Shown here: positions 24,602-36,273 of the stretch, in pieces
Layout of the letters: each line of letters opens with the position of its first letter
Numbering within the stretch: the first letter of the stretch is position 1
Assembly (NCBI GenBank): GCA_043228905.1
Contig: JBHGNT010000012.1
Location: 3,038,001 to 3,102,000 of the forward strand
Reading direction: 5' to 3'
Source of the DNA: Azolla caroliniana
Lineage: Eukaryota; Plantae; Polypodiophyta
Length of the DNA: 64,000 nt
Translations under genes and position numbers: made by a program
The notes under the pieces: model-generated
Seen by the model: only the letters and a program-made list of their open reading frames with translations
What the model was told of the DNA's origin: nothing
Databases searched by the model: none

Positions 24602-26676
24602 GCGGAACGTGAGCAAAGGTTTACTTGACGTAGTCCATTCCGACGTATGGGGACCGGCGCAGACAGGTACATTCGGTAGATGCCGATATTACGTGCTCTT
24701 CATCGACGACTTTTCTAGGCACACTTGGATCTATCCAATGCGGCAAAAGAGCGAAGTGTTCAGACACTTCCAAACATTCAAGAATGAATTCGAGAAAGCC
24801 ACGGACCGACATGTACGTTGTCTTCAATCGGATGGCGGCAAGGAGTACTTCTCGGATGATTTCACGACGTATCTCCAAAAGCAAGGACTTCACTTGCCGA
24901 CACACTCCGCAACAAAACGGCGTAGCCGAGCGCAAAAATCGCCACATCCTTGATGTAGCGCGGGCAATGATAAATGAGAAGCATATGCCCAAGTCTTATT
25001 GGGCCGAAGCTGCAAATACGACCGTCTACCTAATGAACCAGTGCACAATATCTGGCGTGCTCGAGGTCATTCCGCACGAAAGATTCTTCGGAAAGAAGCC
25101 AGACCTATCACATGTTCGCCAGACCTATCACATGTTCGGATATTCGGCTCCATTGCATACGTGCACATCCTCGACGAGAAGCGTCAAAAGTTCGACCCGA
25201 AGTCGGAGAAATGTATCCTCGTAGGATACTCACTGGATCAAAAGGGGTACAAGTGTTACAACCCCTCAACTCGAAAATCTCGAGTAAGTCGAGACGTCGC
25301 TTTTGACGTGTCCGCATCCTGGTACGCACCAGAGACAACTTCAACTCCAACTCCGCTCGACCCGGAATCCGACAAACAAGAGATAGAGGATGAAGATCTC
25401 CTTACGCGCATGTTCGAAGAAAGTCCGATCATGACCCGACTGAGCGGACCACAAGAGCCTTTGAGCGATCAAAGCACATCACGGCCTAGCCCGAAGATGG
25501 ACAAAGGCAAGGTGAAAATGTCGGAATACGAAGACGATCGCTTCGCCGATGATGCGTCGACTCACTCACTCGACAATGAGTTCGGTAGCCTGGATGTACC
25601 AATCGGAGCTAAGAAATCCCTCATCTTTGCAAATGAAAAGCTCCGCCGCTCCACCCGGGAAAAGAATCCGGTTAGCCAACTCGGCTACAATGACTACATG
25701 GCATATCACTATGCCTTTATGATGAAGGTGGCGACAGTACAAGAGCCGGAAACATTCTCTGAAGCAGCCAAGGATCCGCGATGGATCGAAGCCATGAACG
25801 AGGAGATGCAGGCACTACGCAAGAATGAGACGTGGGATCTCGTTCCCATCTCACCACACAAAAAGGAGATCAGATGCAGATGGATTTACAAAGTGAAGTA
25901 CAACGCTGACGGTTCCATCCACCGCTACAAAGCGCGATTCCTAGCGAAAGGCTACGCACAAACGCACGGAGTTGACTACGAGGAGACCTTTGCCCCGATG
26001 GCAAAGACGACGACGGTACGGACCGTAATTGCGCTTGCCGCGGTGAAAGGGTGGCACCTCCATCAAATGGACGTCAAGAACGCCTTTCTACAAGGCGAAT
26101 TAGAAGAGGTGTACATGATCCAACCACCTGGCTTGAACTCGAGCACCCATCCGAAAGCTGTTTGCCGACTCAAGAAGCCACTCTATGGCCTCAAGCAAGC
26201 ACCGCGTGCTTGACGGGAACTCCAACGCTCCGTATACGCAACGTTCGACCACAACAGAGCTTAGAATCATACACAGAAAACAGGAAACGAAAACACGCGA
26301 CACAAAGGAGAGAAGAGTACACAGGATGTTTACGTGGAAAAATCCAAACTAGGGAAAAAACCACGGCAGCCCACAGGCTGCAAACTATCAGTGAGTTCAC
26401 GGAGGCAACGACCTTGTGCTCACGATCTTCGCCACAGGCGGCGATTACAGTAGAGGCAACGACCTCGTTCTCTCTCTCTCTCTCTGTACACTGTTACATG
26501 CGCTCTCTTCTTGCACCAACAAGAAAAATAACAACAACAACAGTAACTATAAGTTTGCCCTAAGTCATATTTATACTAATATGATTTTTCGGCTATTTAC
26601 AAATATAGCCTCAATGGACTCTCAGAAACATATTTACGAATATGTCTCTTCATTTGGTGAGCATTCTTCATCGGAT

Positions 26677-26990
26677 CTGCACCATCCGGCTCTTCGTAGG
26701 CGGGTACTCCTCATCTGGTTCTCACCGGGCCTGCACCATCCGGCTCTCTGTAGCCAGGTACTACTCATCCGGTTCTCACCGGGCCTGCACCATCCGGCTC
26801 TCCGTAGCCAGGTACTACTCATCCGGTTCTCACCGGGCCTGCACCATCCGGCTCTCCGTAACCGGGTACTCCTCATCCGGTTCTCACCGGGCCTGCACCA
26901 TCCGGCTCCCCGTAGCCGGGTACTCCTTATCCGGTTCTCACCGGGTCTGCACCATCCGGCTCTCCGTAGCCGGGTACTCCTCTTCCGGTT
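26677..26990. repeat. Six copies of a 54-bp unit in E 3' LTR (one copy in the 5' LTR)
   Basis: ctgcaccatccggctctccgtagccgggtactcctcatccggttctcaccgggc x6. Confidence 0.95.
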
Positions 26991-27472
26991 TCGGCCTCGG
27001 TCGAGATTGTTCGTCGGCATTGTTCTTCTCCCTTCCCATCCGGAGGGACCTGTCTCCCAACAAACTCCCCCTTCACTCCGGCATGGGGTGTCTGACTAGT
27101 CCGATCCGCTTCCAGCATGCATCCAGCTTGTCAGGTATCAACACTTTGGTCAGCATATCTGACCCGTTCTCGGCTGTGTGGATCTTCGTCAGCGCGAACT
27201 TCTAGTGATCTACTCTTTCCCGGATCCAGTGATACCTTCGCTGGATATGCTTTGTCTGGGAATGGTAGGCCGCATTCTTAGCAAGGTGGATTGCACTTTG
27301 ATTGTCGCAATAGAGTCGGTATTCATCTTGCCGGATACCGAGCTCTCCGATGAAGTCCTTCATCCATAATATGTCCTTGTCGGCTTCCATAGCTGCCATG
27401 TACTCCACCTCCGTGGTTGACAATGCAATCGTCTTCTACAGCCTCGACTGCCACGAAACAGCTCCCCCTGCA

Positions 27473-30400
27473 GGAAGAGAGCTCAACACAAAACGGTTCG
27501 GAGGAGCTCGACCTAGAAGCGCTAATACGGGAGGCATGCGAGCTTGTGAAGGGGAAAATCGAAGCCGAAGAAGGGCTTATTATGGAGTCAGGCCGGAGGC
27601 GATCGGAGGATGAGGAGGCCGAAAGAGAATGGTACATCGGTACCACCGGAGAGGGTGCGGAGCGAGCCACCCTCTCGACATGCAGAGAAAGATCGACCGA
27701 GGACGAGGTCGGGGATGGTGAGGCGGCGATCGCCGATCCGAGCGGACATGAGGGAGTTCAGGCACGGAGGCCCGAAACATCGAGCGGGGAGAAGACGGGC
27801 GGTGGTGCCGCGACCTTACGCACACCGGGCCTAGAGAGGGTGCGGAAAGAGCGACTCTCTCGTCTTGCGGCGAATGGACGGCCATGGAGGCCGGTAACTA
27901 CGGATTCGGGACATGGCGGCCCGAAACGTCGAGGGAGGAGGAGGCAAGCGGTGGTGCCGCGACCTTACGCACACCGGGCCTAGAGACTCCGGCAACCGGC
28001 CCGAGAGCCGGTGTGAGACGTAGAGCGACGGGCGGTGGCGGCGGGCAACCGAGACAACGGTAAGGAGACTGTGGAAGAGGAGGCTGCAAGCATAATTGAT
28101 GCTTGCATATACGGAGGCGGGGTAGCCACGGACGACGATGTCCGAATGGAGGTGGCTACGGGCATAACATCGATGAGCGGTGGCGTTGCTACCTTACACG
28201 CACCGTTTCAAGAGACCCCGACGGCCGGCCCGAGTGCCCGCGTGAGACCTAGGGTAATGAACGGTGGCGGCGGCAAGGCGGACGACCACGACGATAATGT
28301 GGGAGAGGGTGCGGAGCGAGCGACCCTCTCGACTTGTGGAAAGAGGACGGCCATGGATGAGGCCGATATCTACGGTGCAATGGACGCCACTTTGAGAGTG
28401 GGCGAAAGTTTCGGGACACGGTTGCCCGAAATGTTCTACGAGGATTTCGCGAGCATACTCGAGGCTTGCAAAATCGAGGAAGAAGAGGAGACGAGCGGCG
28501 GTGCCGCGACCTTCCACACACCGGTCCTAGAGACTCCGGCGACCGGCCCGAGAGTCGGTGTGAGACCAAGAGAGACGGACGGTGGCGGCGGCAAGGCGGG
28601 CAACCGAAATGACGAAGAGGAGGTTTGTAGTAGACGGAGGCGAGATCCCTCGACACTGGGGCCGGAGACTTCGGCGGTTGCGCCCGAGCGCGAACATAAG
28701 ACCGGGGAGATGGGCGGTGGCCGTCAGGATGAGAGGCCCGGAGTGGGCACGTGCGAAAAGACCGAAGCGGACAAAGTGATCGGAGCAGGTATCCGGTATG
28801 AGATAATGGACGAGCGGGTCCAAGATGGCGGGCTCGGGTTGGAATGGGCTACGGTGACAAAGGAAGAAGTGGCCGACGCGGAGGTCGGGTCTACGGCGGA
28901 TGAAGGGCGTAACACGAAGCATGCACTACGGTCGGTGAAGGGCCCAAGAACAAGCATGCATCCGAGAGAGCGTCAACGAGTGACCGGAAACGGTGGACCG
29001 ATTGAGCCTTTGAGAGGCGAAGACTCAGTGGTGAACCGAGAGTGGGAGGAACCCTCCACACCTACCCATGAGGCATCGGCGGTCGCGGATCGAAAGGAGA
29101 ACGAAGAAGCGGTGGGTGGCGGCGAGGAGTTGGAGACCGACACGGAGGTCGGGTCTACGGCGGAAGCACGACACGAGACGCATGCAATACGGCCGGTGGA
29201 GGACCAAGACACAAGCATGCATACGGCGGATGGGCGACAACGATTGACCGACGATGACGGTCGGGTCAAGCCTTCGAGAGGCAAGCGCGGGACGAAGGAC
29301 GGCGCGGCGAAACACCAAGATCGACGACATGGGCCGAGCGCGAGCGGCATGAGCGGAGAGTCGTATCTAGGAAAACGGAGGAGATGCGCGGAGAACAACG
29401 GGGTACACACCCGGAAGAGAAAGTGCGGCGACTTCCCGGAGGGCATACAAGGCCAAGCGGGCCAAGAGGGCGCAAGTCGAGGCGAGGCAATAACGAGAGC
29501 CTCGAGGGACACCGACACGGAGGTCAGGATGACGATATGCTCTACTACGAGAGAGCACGACGAAAAAGGGGAAAGCGAAAAACGCGCGATGGGGTCATCG
29601 AAGGACATAAGCACGAGCACGCATTCGGAGGGCAACATCGACATACGGGGAAAGCCTACGGAAGGCAAGCGCAGAGCGGAGAGAGTCGGCAAGCCGAGGC
29701 GTGCGGCACGCAAAGGGTGGAATCCGGCATGCGACCGGGAGCGCATCCGGATGATATACGAGGCGGACAAAGGAAGAGCAACCGGGTCGGCGACGGCGTT
29801 CGGGAGGACCGAACGGGGAGGAAAGCATGGGCATCGGATACGGCGGGTCGGATGTAGTCGGTGGTTCAAGGACCCACGGTGGACGTGGCGGATCGGGTGG
29901 AGGCAACGACTCGGCGAACATCGTCGAGTGTGGCGGATCGGATGGCGCCGACGGTTCGAGACCATTCAACGAGGATGGTGGGCCGGAAGGCGGCGGTGGT
30001 TCGTGTGGACGGGGTGGTCTTGCTCGAAGTGGAAGACAAAGCCGGGCGGGCCCACGAGGACGCTAAGGACTCGGTCGGTCGTCGTGGCCGAAAATCTCGT
30101 GTTCTCTCCCCTATGTTTTGGCACATACCGGAGGATGTGCGGTTAGGTGGGGGCGGATGTCGTGAAGATTTTCGTCCACAAGCGGAAACCCGAGCAACGA
30201 GAGCCAAAGAGCGATGTGCAACGTTGGACACGTACATAATGTATTTGTAATAGTAATAAAGGTATAAAGGTGATGTGGTTGTACGCACATCCACGCGAGA
30301 GAGAGAGGTACTATGCGGTACATAGGTACCTAGTTGTTTGTGAGGAGGTGGGAGTTAAGGGGCCATCAATCTCACCCTCCCCCGAATCAAGGCAAATATT

Positions 30401-30830
30401 CCCTTTGAATGGAAGGGGATATTTTAGTGTCACTTTTGTAAGCGGTCTTCCCTCCTTGTGCTATAAAAGGAGAGAGAAGGCACCATTGTGGGGGTTGCTT
30501 ATTTTGTGTAAGTAAGGTATACCACTTAGTCGAGGGTTCTACTTCTTCCCATTTTGTTTTAGGGTTAGGGTTTCGGTTACAGTTTTCTTCTTGGGTTTTC
30601 CTTTAGGGTTTTTCATATAGTCGTTTGGTGCGGCCATGGTGGCCACCATTTGTTGTAATCATTCATTTCTTAATAGAACTTCTTGTTGAGTATCTTGATT
30701 GCATCTTCTTCTTCTATCATAATATCATATTCGTTCTCTTCTCCTCTTGAGCTAATCTTTCTCCTCCACTCCCTAGTCCAAGACCCCCGTGGTCCCGCCC
30801 TTCTACACGCACGCGCGTAACAACGCGACA
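27473..30830 (+). mobile_element. 5'-truncated LTR element (probably non-autonomous Gypsy-type): GC-rich internal region, PPT, 3' LTR 30158-30830
   Basis: PPT AGGTGGGGGCGGA 30145-30157; LTR TGTCGTGAAGA...AACGCGACA; TATA-like ctataaaag near 30461. Confidence 0.85.
28035..30146 (+). CDS. 703-codon open frame of unknown function, built from degenerate repeats, with an Arg/Trp-rich C-terminus
   Basis: Long ORF in the track; SGGAATxxTPxxETPxxGP repeats, EVGSTA repeats, WRIGW x2; no RT or IN motif. Confidence 0.4.
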   Translation: MAAGNRDNGKETVEEEAASIIDACIYGGGVATDDDVRMEVATGITSMSGGVATLHAPFQETPTAGPSARVRPRVMNGGGGKADDHDDNVGEGAERATLSTCGKRTAMDEADIYGAMDATLRVGESFGTRLPEMFYEDFASILEACKIEEEEETSGGAATFHTPVLETPATGPRVGVRPRETDGGGGKAGNRNDEEEVCSRRRRDPSTLGPETSAVAPEREHKTGEMGGGRQDERPGVGTCEKTEADKVIGAGIRYEIMDERVQDGGLGLEWATVTKEEVADAEVGSTADEGRNTKHALRSVKGPRTSMHPRERQRVTGNGGPIEPLRGEDSVVNREWEEPSTPTHEASAVADRKENEEAVGGGEELETDTEVGSTAEARHETHAIRPVEDQDTSMHTADGRQRLTDDDGRVKPSRGKRGTKDGAAKHQDRRHGPSASGMSGESYLGKRRRCAENNGVHTRKRKCGDFPEGIQGQAGQEGASRGEAITRASRDTDTEVRMTICSTTREHDEKGESEKRAMGSSKDISTSTHSEGNIDIRGKPTEGKRRAERVGKPRRAARKGWNPACDRERIRMIYEADKGRATGSATAFGRTERGGKHGHRIRRVGCSRWFKDPRWTWRIGWRQRLGEHRRVWRIGWRRRFETIQRGWWAGRRRWFVWTGWSCSKWKTKPGGPTRTLRTRSVVVAENLVFSPLCFGTYRRMCG

Positions 30831-33800
30831 CCGTACAAGCTCTTCTTCAGCCGGCATACCAGGTGCTCCTTCCCTTTCTCCACAAATCCCTCCGGTTGTT
30901 GCATGTAGATCTCCTCTTCGAGGTCGCCGTGAAGGAATGTCGTCTTCACGTCTAACTGCTCTACCTCAAGCTTGGTCCATGCTTGCCGCTATACTCAGCA
31001 CCGTCCGGATGGAGGTCATCTTTACAACCGGGGAAAATATCTCGTCGAAGTCCACGCCCTTCTTCTGCTGGAACCCCTTCACCACGATCCTGGCTTTGTA
31101 TCTCGGGGGGTTGCCGGCATCTCCCGGTTTCAACTTGTACACCCACTTGTTTCGGAGTGCCCGCTTTCCTTTCGGCAACTCCACCAATTCGTACGTATGG
31201 TTCTCATGCAGGGAATCCATCTCATCCTGCATCGCACTTAACCATTTGCGGCTATGGGTGTCATCCTTCGCTTCTTCGAAGCTTTCCGGCTCCCCCTCAT
31301 TGGTCAGCAGCACATGCTTTGCATCCGGAAATCTCCAAGGGGCCCTTCTCTCTCTGAGAGGATATCTCCGTCTTTGGGCTTTGGTAGCCGGCTCCTCCAT
31401 TTGCTCTTCATTCGAATCCGATTCGGGGTCTAGGCCGGTTCCGGTCTCAACTTCCTCTACTTCTTCTTCTGCCGGTTCGGTATCCTCACCGTAACCGGTT
31501 GGTTCCTCGAGTGCTAACCGGTCTCTTGCCGGTTGGGTCTGCTCATCGTAGAATCTATCCTTACCGGTCGACTCAGAGTTCATTATCTTCTTCTCCGACT
31601 CCCAGTCGGCGAGCGTCTTGTCCTCCATGAAGATAATATCTCGAGTCCGGAATACCTTCTTGTCGACCAGGTCCCACACTCGGTAGCCGAACTCATCGTC
31701 ACCGTAACCGAGGAATATGCATGGCCGGGTCTTTGGATCTAACTTTCCTCTCCGGCCCTTAGCTACATGCACGTACGCGAGACACCCGAACACCTTCAGA
31801 TGCCGGTAGGATACTTCCTTACCGGTCCACAATCTTTGTGGTGTGTCTCCGTCCAAGGGTACTGAGGGTGATCTATTTATCACATATGTCGCCGTCGATA
31901 GTGCCTCAACCCAAAACTTCTTGGGTAGTTTTGCATGCGCTAGCATACTCCGGACCCTCTCCATTATGGTCTGGTTCATCCTCTCGGTTAGCTCATTTAG
32001 TTCCGGCATCTTCGGCACGGTAAATTCGAGCCGGATTCCCTTCGAGCGGCAGTACTCCTCGAACTGCCCCCGGTATTCTCCTTCGTTATCTGCTCGAACC
32101 GCCTTCAGCTTCCTGCCGGTTTCTCTTTCCACTCTCGCGTGGAGCTCTTTGAAGACGGATAGCACCTGATCCTTCGTCTTCAACGGTGTGGCCCACAGCT
32201 TCCAGTTGTGGTCATCTATGAAAGTCACGAAGTACTGCGCTCCGACATGTGACTTTGTGTCTACCTGACACACATCCGTATGCACCAACTCCAATGGTGC
32301 ATTATGTCTCATCGGTGGCCTTGGTCGGAAGGAGGTCCGGTTTTGCTTACCGGCCAGACAATCAGTGCACTTCTCTAAGTGCACGTTCTTCACTGGAATG
32401 AGGTTGTCGTCTGCAAGCCTCTTCATCCCTTTCTCGCTCATATGACACAGCCTCTTGTGCCACAGCTCACCGGCAGTGTCGGATGCCACGTTCACTTTTT
32501 CCGGACATAACCGGCCATTCATCAGGTACAACGTGTTTACCTTCCGGGCCCCAGCCACAATCAGGCTCCCTTTGCTAAACTTCATGACACCTTTCCGGAT
32601 GCTACCCGTGTAGCCTTCATCATCTAGCCGACCGGCTGATATCAGGTTCAGACGAACCTCCGGAATGTGTCGGACATCCTTCAGCAGCAACTTGCATCCG
32701 ATTGGTGTTGTCAGCCACACGTCTCCTATGCCGACAATTCGGCATATACCTTCATTCCCCATCCGGACACAGCCGTGATCACCGGCTGCGTAGAATGAGA
32801 AGCATTTCCAGTCCGGGGTAAGGTGGAACGACGCTCCGGAGTCTACCACCCAAGTCATCTCGTCGCCGGCAAGGTTTATCTCACTCTCATCGGTGATGAG
32901 CATCAACTCTTCTTCACTTGCCGCGATTGCCGTCGTTCCCTTCCGGTCTGGCCCCCTCCGGTCTTTACCGTTCCGGTCCGGGGTTCGCTTCGAATCGGTA
33001 CCGTCGGTTTCCTTGTCTTTTCGGAAATGCCAACAGTTCTTTTGGAAGTGTCTCAGCTTGCCGCAATAGAAGCAAGTAGGTCTCCCCCTTGACTTTGACC
33101 GTGTCCCCGACTTTTCCCGGTTCTGGGGACTACGGTTTCTTTGTCTTCTGCGTTCTGATTCGGTAAGTAGTGCTTTGGAGTCGGAGCTCGTATCTTTATC
33201 TTTCCGACGCGCCTCCTCATCTAGCAAGCTCGACTTTACTCTTGCTAGGGATAACCGTTTCCCTTCCGGCCCGGCGTTGCCCAAGGTGACAACCAACGTC
33301 TCCCAGCTATTTAGGAGGGAACCGAGCAGGAGTAGTGCTAGTACCTCATCGGCGAGAGGTACCTCCAATGATGTTGCCTAGTGGATCAGCCCTTGGAAGG
33401 CATTCATGTGCTCCACCATGTTGGAGCCATCTTGGTACCAGAGTCTTACTAGCTTCCGGAATACCGAAACCTTATTAACAACATTTTTGTTTTGAAACAT
33501 AATGCCGATCTTCTCCCAGAGCTCATGAGCCTTGCTCTCTTCATTGAAGTTGTTGTACAGGCTCATGTCGATGAAGCACCGTATGTACGCCGTTGTCTTC
33601 ATGTGCATCACCTCCCATATCGCGGCGTCTATTTTGTCCGGTCTCTTGTCCCCGAACTGAACCGGCAGCCAGAGCTCTTTAACCACGAGCATGTCCCTCA
33701 TCTTCGACTTCCACACTGAGTAGTTGGAGCCGGTGAGCTTGAACATGCCGCCAAACGATTCGTCCATTTTCTGTGTCGTTTCGCTCTGATACCACTTGAC

Positions 33801-35543
33801 GGGAACTCCAACGCTCCGTATACGCAACGCTCGGCCACAACCGAGCTTAGAATCATACACAGAAAACAGGAAACGAAAACACGCGACACAAAGGAGAGAA
33901 GAGTACACAGGATGTTTACGTGGAAAAATCCAAACTAGGGAAAAAACCACGGCAGCCCACAGGCTGCAAACTATCACTATGCTAGAATGTACAACAGTGA
34001 GTTCACGGAGGCAACGACCTCGTGCTCACGATCTTCGCCACAGGCAGCGGTTACAGCAGAGGCAACGACCTCGTTCTCTCTCTCTCTCTCTCTCTGTACA
34101 CTGTTACGCGTTCTCTCTTCTTGCACCAACAAGAAAAATAACAACAACAACAGTAACTGTAAGTTTGCCCTAAGTCATATTTATACTAATATGACTTTTC
34201 GGCTATTTACAAATATAGCCTCGATGGACTCTGAGAAACATATTTACGAATATGTCTCTTCATCCGGTGAGCATTCCTCACCAGGTCTGCACCATCCGGC
34301 TCTCCGTAGCCGGGTACTCCTCTTCCGGTTTCGGCCTCAGCCGAGATTGTTCGTCGGCACTGTTCTTCTCACTTCCCATCCGAAGGGACCTGTCTCCCAA
34401 CAGTGCTTGGCATTCGAAGATAACGCAATATCTTCATCAAATCGGCTTCCGTATGTCAAAATCGGACAACTCCCTCTACATACGAAGTGATTCCGCAAGT
34501 CCAATCGTCATCATCTTATATGTGGATGACCTAGTCATTGGAGGTGAGCATCTCATCGAAATCAATAAGGTCAAATCCCTCCTTTTCGACAAGTTCGAGA
34601 TGACGGACATGAAGGAGCTCCATTATTTCCTCGGCATCAAGGTAATTCGGACTCTGGCCGGAATCATGATCTCTCAACGGCACTACATCCTCAACTTGTT
34701 ATACATCCTCAATGGCACTCCGTGGCAACCCCGCCCGATCGTAATCTCAAACTAGATGCAAACTCCGGCACCAAAGCGTGTGAGCCAACTCAGTATCGGC
34801 AACTCATCGGGAGTCTCATCCACCTCACGATCACTCGACCCGATCTCAGTTATCCAGTCGGTCTCCTTAGTCAATTCATGCAAACACCGCGTGATACTCA
34901 CTTGGACTGCGCTAAGCGAGTTCTACGATACGTGAGCGGCACAATGGATTGCGGCATCCTCTACAAGACCGCGATGCCAATACGCCTCGAGGGGACACAG
35001 ACGCCGATTGGGCCGGCTACAAAGCCGATAGAAGATCAACCTCCGGATTTTTTTTCTCCCTCGGCAGCGGAACATTATCCTGGAGTAGCAAGAAGCAACC
35101 TACCGTCGCTCTTTCGAGTACGGAGGCGGAATACAGGGGCGCAGCCGTAGCTGCGTGTGAAGCCGTATGGCTCAAGAGGATTTTGAAGGATATGGGCGTA
35201 CGCATCAAGGATCCGACTTCCCTTTACTGCGACAACATGAACAATATCTATATGGCTCGGAACCCGGTGTTCCACGCGCAGACAAAGCACATCGAAGTGC
35301 ACTATCACTTCATCAAAGAGCGCGTTCTAGCTGGCGATGTCGACCTACAACACATTAAAACAAATCTTCAAAGGGTCGTCATCTTCACTAAAGCCTTAGG
35401 AGCCGACAAGCTGTGGCAATTCATGACCGATCGGATTGACGATCCCTGACCTGCCAAGCTTGAGGGGGAGTACTGAAGACATTACGCAATAACGCGTGGT
35501 TACCGCAAACCGCGCACATTACGCAAGAACGCGTGGATTACGC

Positions 35544-36273
35544 TGTCGTAGTGTATTTTGTACACTACGTGAAAAACGTATATAGTATTAGATTCAATAA
35601 AAAATGAAGAAATAGAAGAAAATAGCAAAATAAATGGAACATGCATAGGGCAAGATTCAAACCTTGCACCTCCATGTTAATAATGTAATGTCTTACCATT
35701 ACACTACCATTTCATTAGTGTTAAAGCATAGATGTCCCACATAGAAAGGTAAATTCACGCTAGGATAAACATTAGAAAAACGCATAACAAAAGAAAAAGC
35801 TACACATACACATCTAGCGTGCATGATAAAAAAACGCACAAGTTAGAAAAAAGCATGATCACTTTAGATAAAGCATATAGTCTATCTATAGGAAAAGCAT
35901 GGGGTCTATAGTTAGAGAAAAAGCATGGATTACTAAGACTTCCTCATCACTACATAAGGATGGGGAGCACAATGTAATTGTGTGTGAAAAATATTTGGAA
36001 ACTGGATATATTTCTAAAAAACACCAATTAATAAACTATACTCGTGGGATTCACGAGAATTCTATATCATTCTCTTTCAACCGAAGTTTATATTCTTATA
36101 TTCATATTGATTAATCTAATACAATACACTCGTGGGATTCACGAGTTTGCTATAACTCTTTCTTACAACATATTTATATTCTTATTAGCCTTAAAACTCT
36201 CCTCTTCCTAGTCCAAAACCCCAGCGGTTCCCACCCGACTCACGCAAACGATCCGGAGCCGAAAGGCACGACA
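35544..36273 (+). mobile_element. AT-rich solo LTR (730 bp) with 4-bp TSD ACGC in the 3' UTR of D
   Basis: TGTCGT...ACGACA ends; ACGC at 35540-35543 and 36274-36277; 3' motif cctagtccaaaacccc..ggttcccaccc shared with 30772-30800. Confidence 0.8.
35648..35712 (-). other. tRNA-like module inside the solo LTR
   Basis: Minus strand TGGTAGTGTAATGGTAAGAC (A-box-like) ... GCAAG-GTTTGAAT-CTTGC (T-arm/B-box-like). Confidence 0.55.

Larger units (their letters stand above)
27073..33767 (-). pseudogene. Copia E gag-pol (33767-30831 and 27472-27073) with stops, a frameshift and a ~714-bp RT deletion
   Basis: Alignment by eye to F: jumps from KKSLYG to AGGAVSWQS, with foreign DNA in between. Confidence 0.92.
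26211..34402 (-). mobile_element. Ty1/Copia element E (pol related to A/B/F); 3' LTR 26211-27062, 5' LTR 33797-34402
   Basis: TSD GTGCT (26206-26210/34403-34407), PBS complement 33783-33794, PPT complement 27063-27072. Confidence 0.96.
22325..35449 (+). pseudogene. Copia D gag-pol, fragmented (22325-23950, 24606-26210, 34408-35449)
   Basis: DSGAS, HSDVWG, SDGGKEY, LKQAPRA|WHSK across the [16 protein letters not shown]; several stops and frameshifts. Confidence 0.93.

Noticed and set aside
26416-27205. ORFs with 18-aa repeats (LHHPALRS...)
   Set aside because: Translation of the 54-bp LTR minisatellite.
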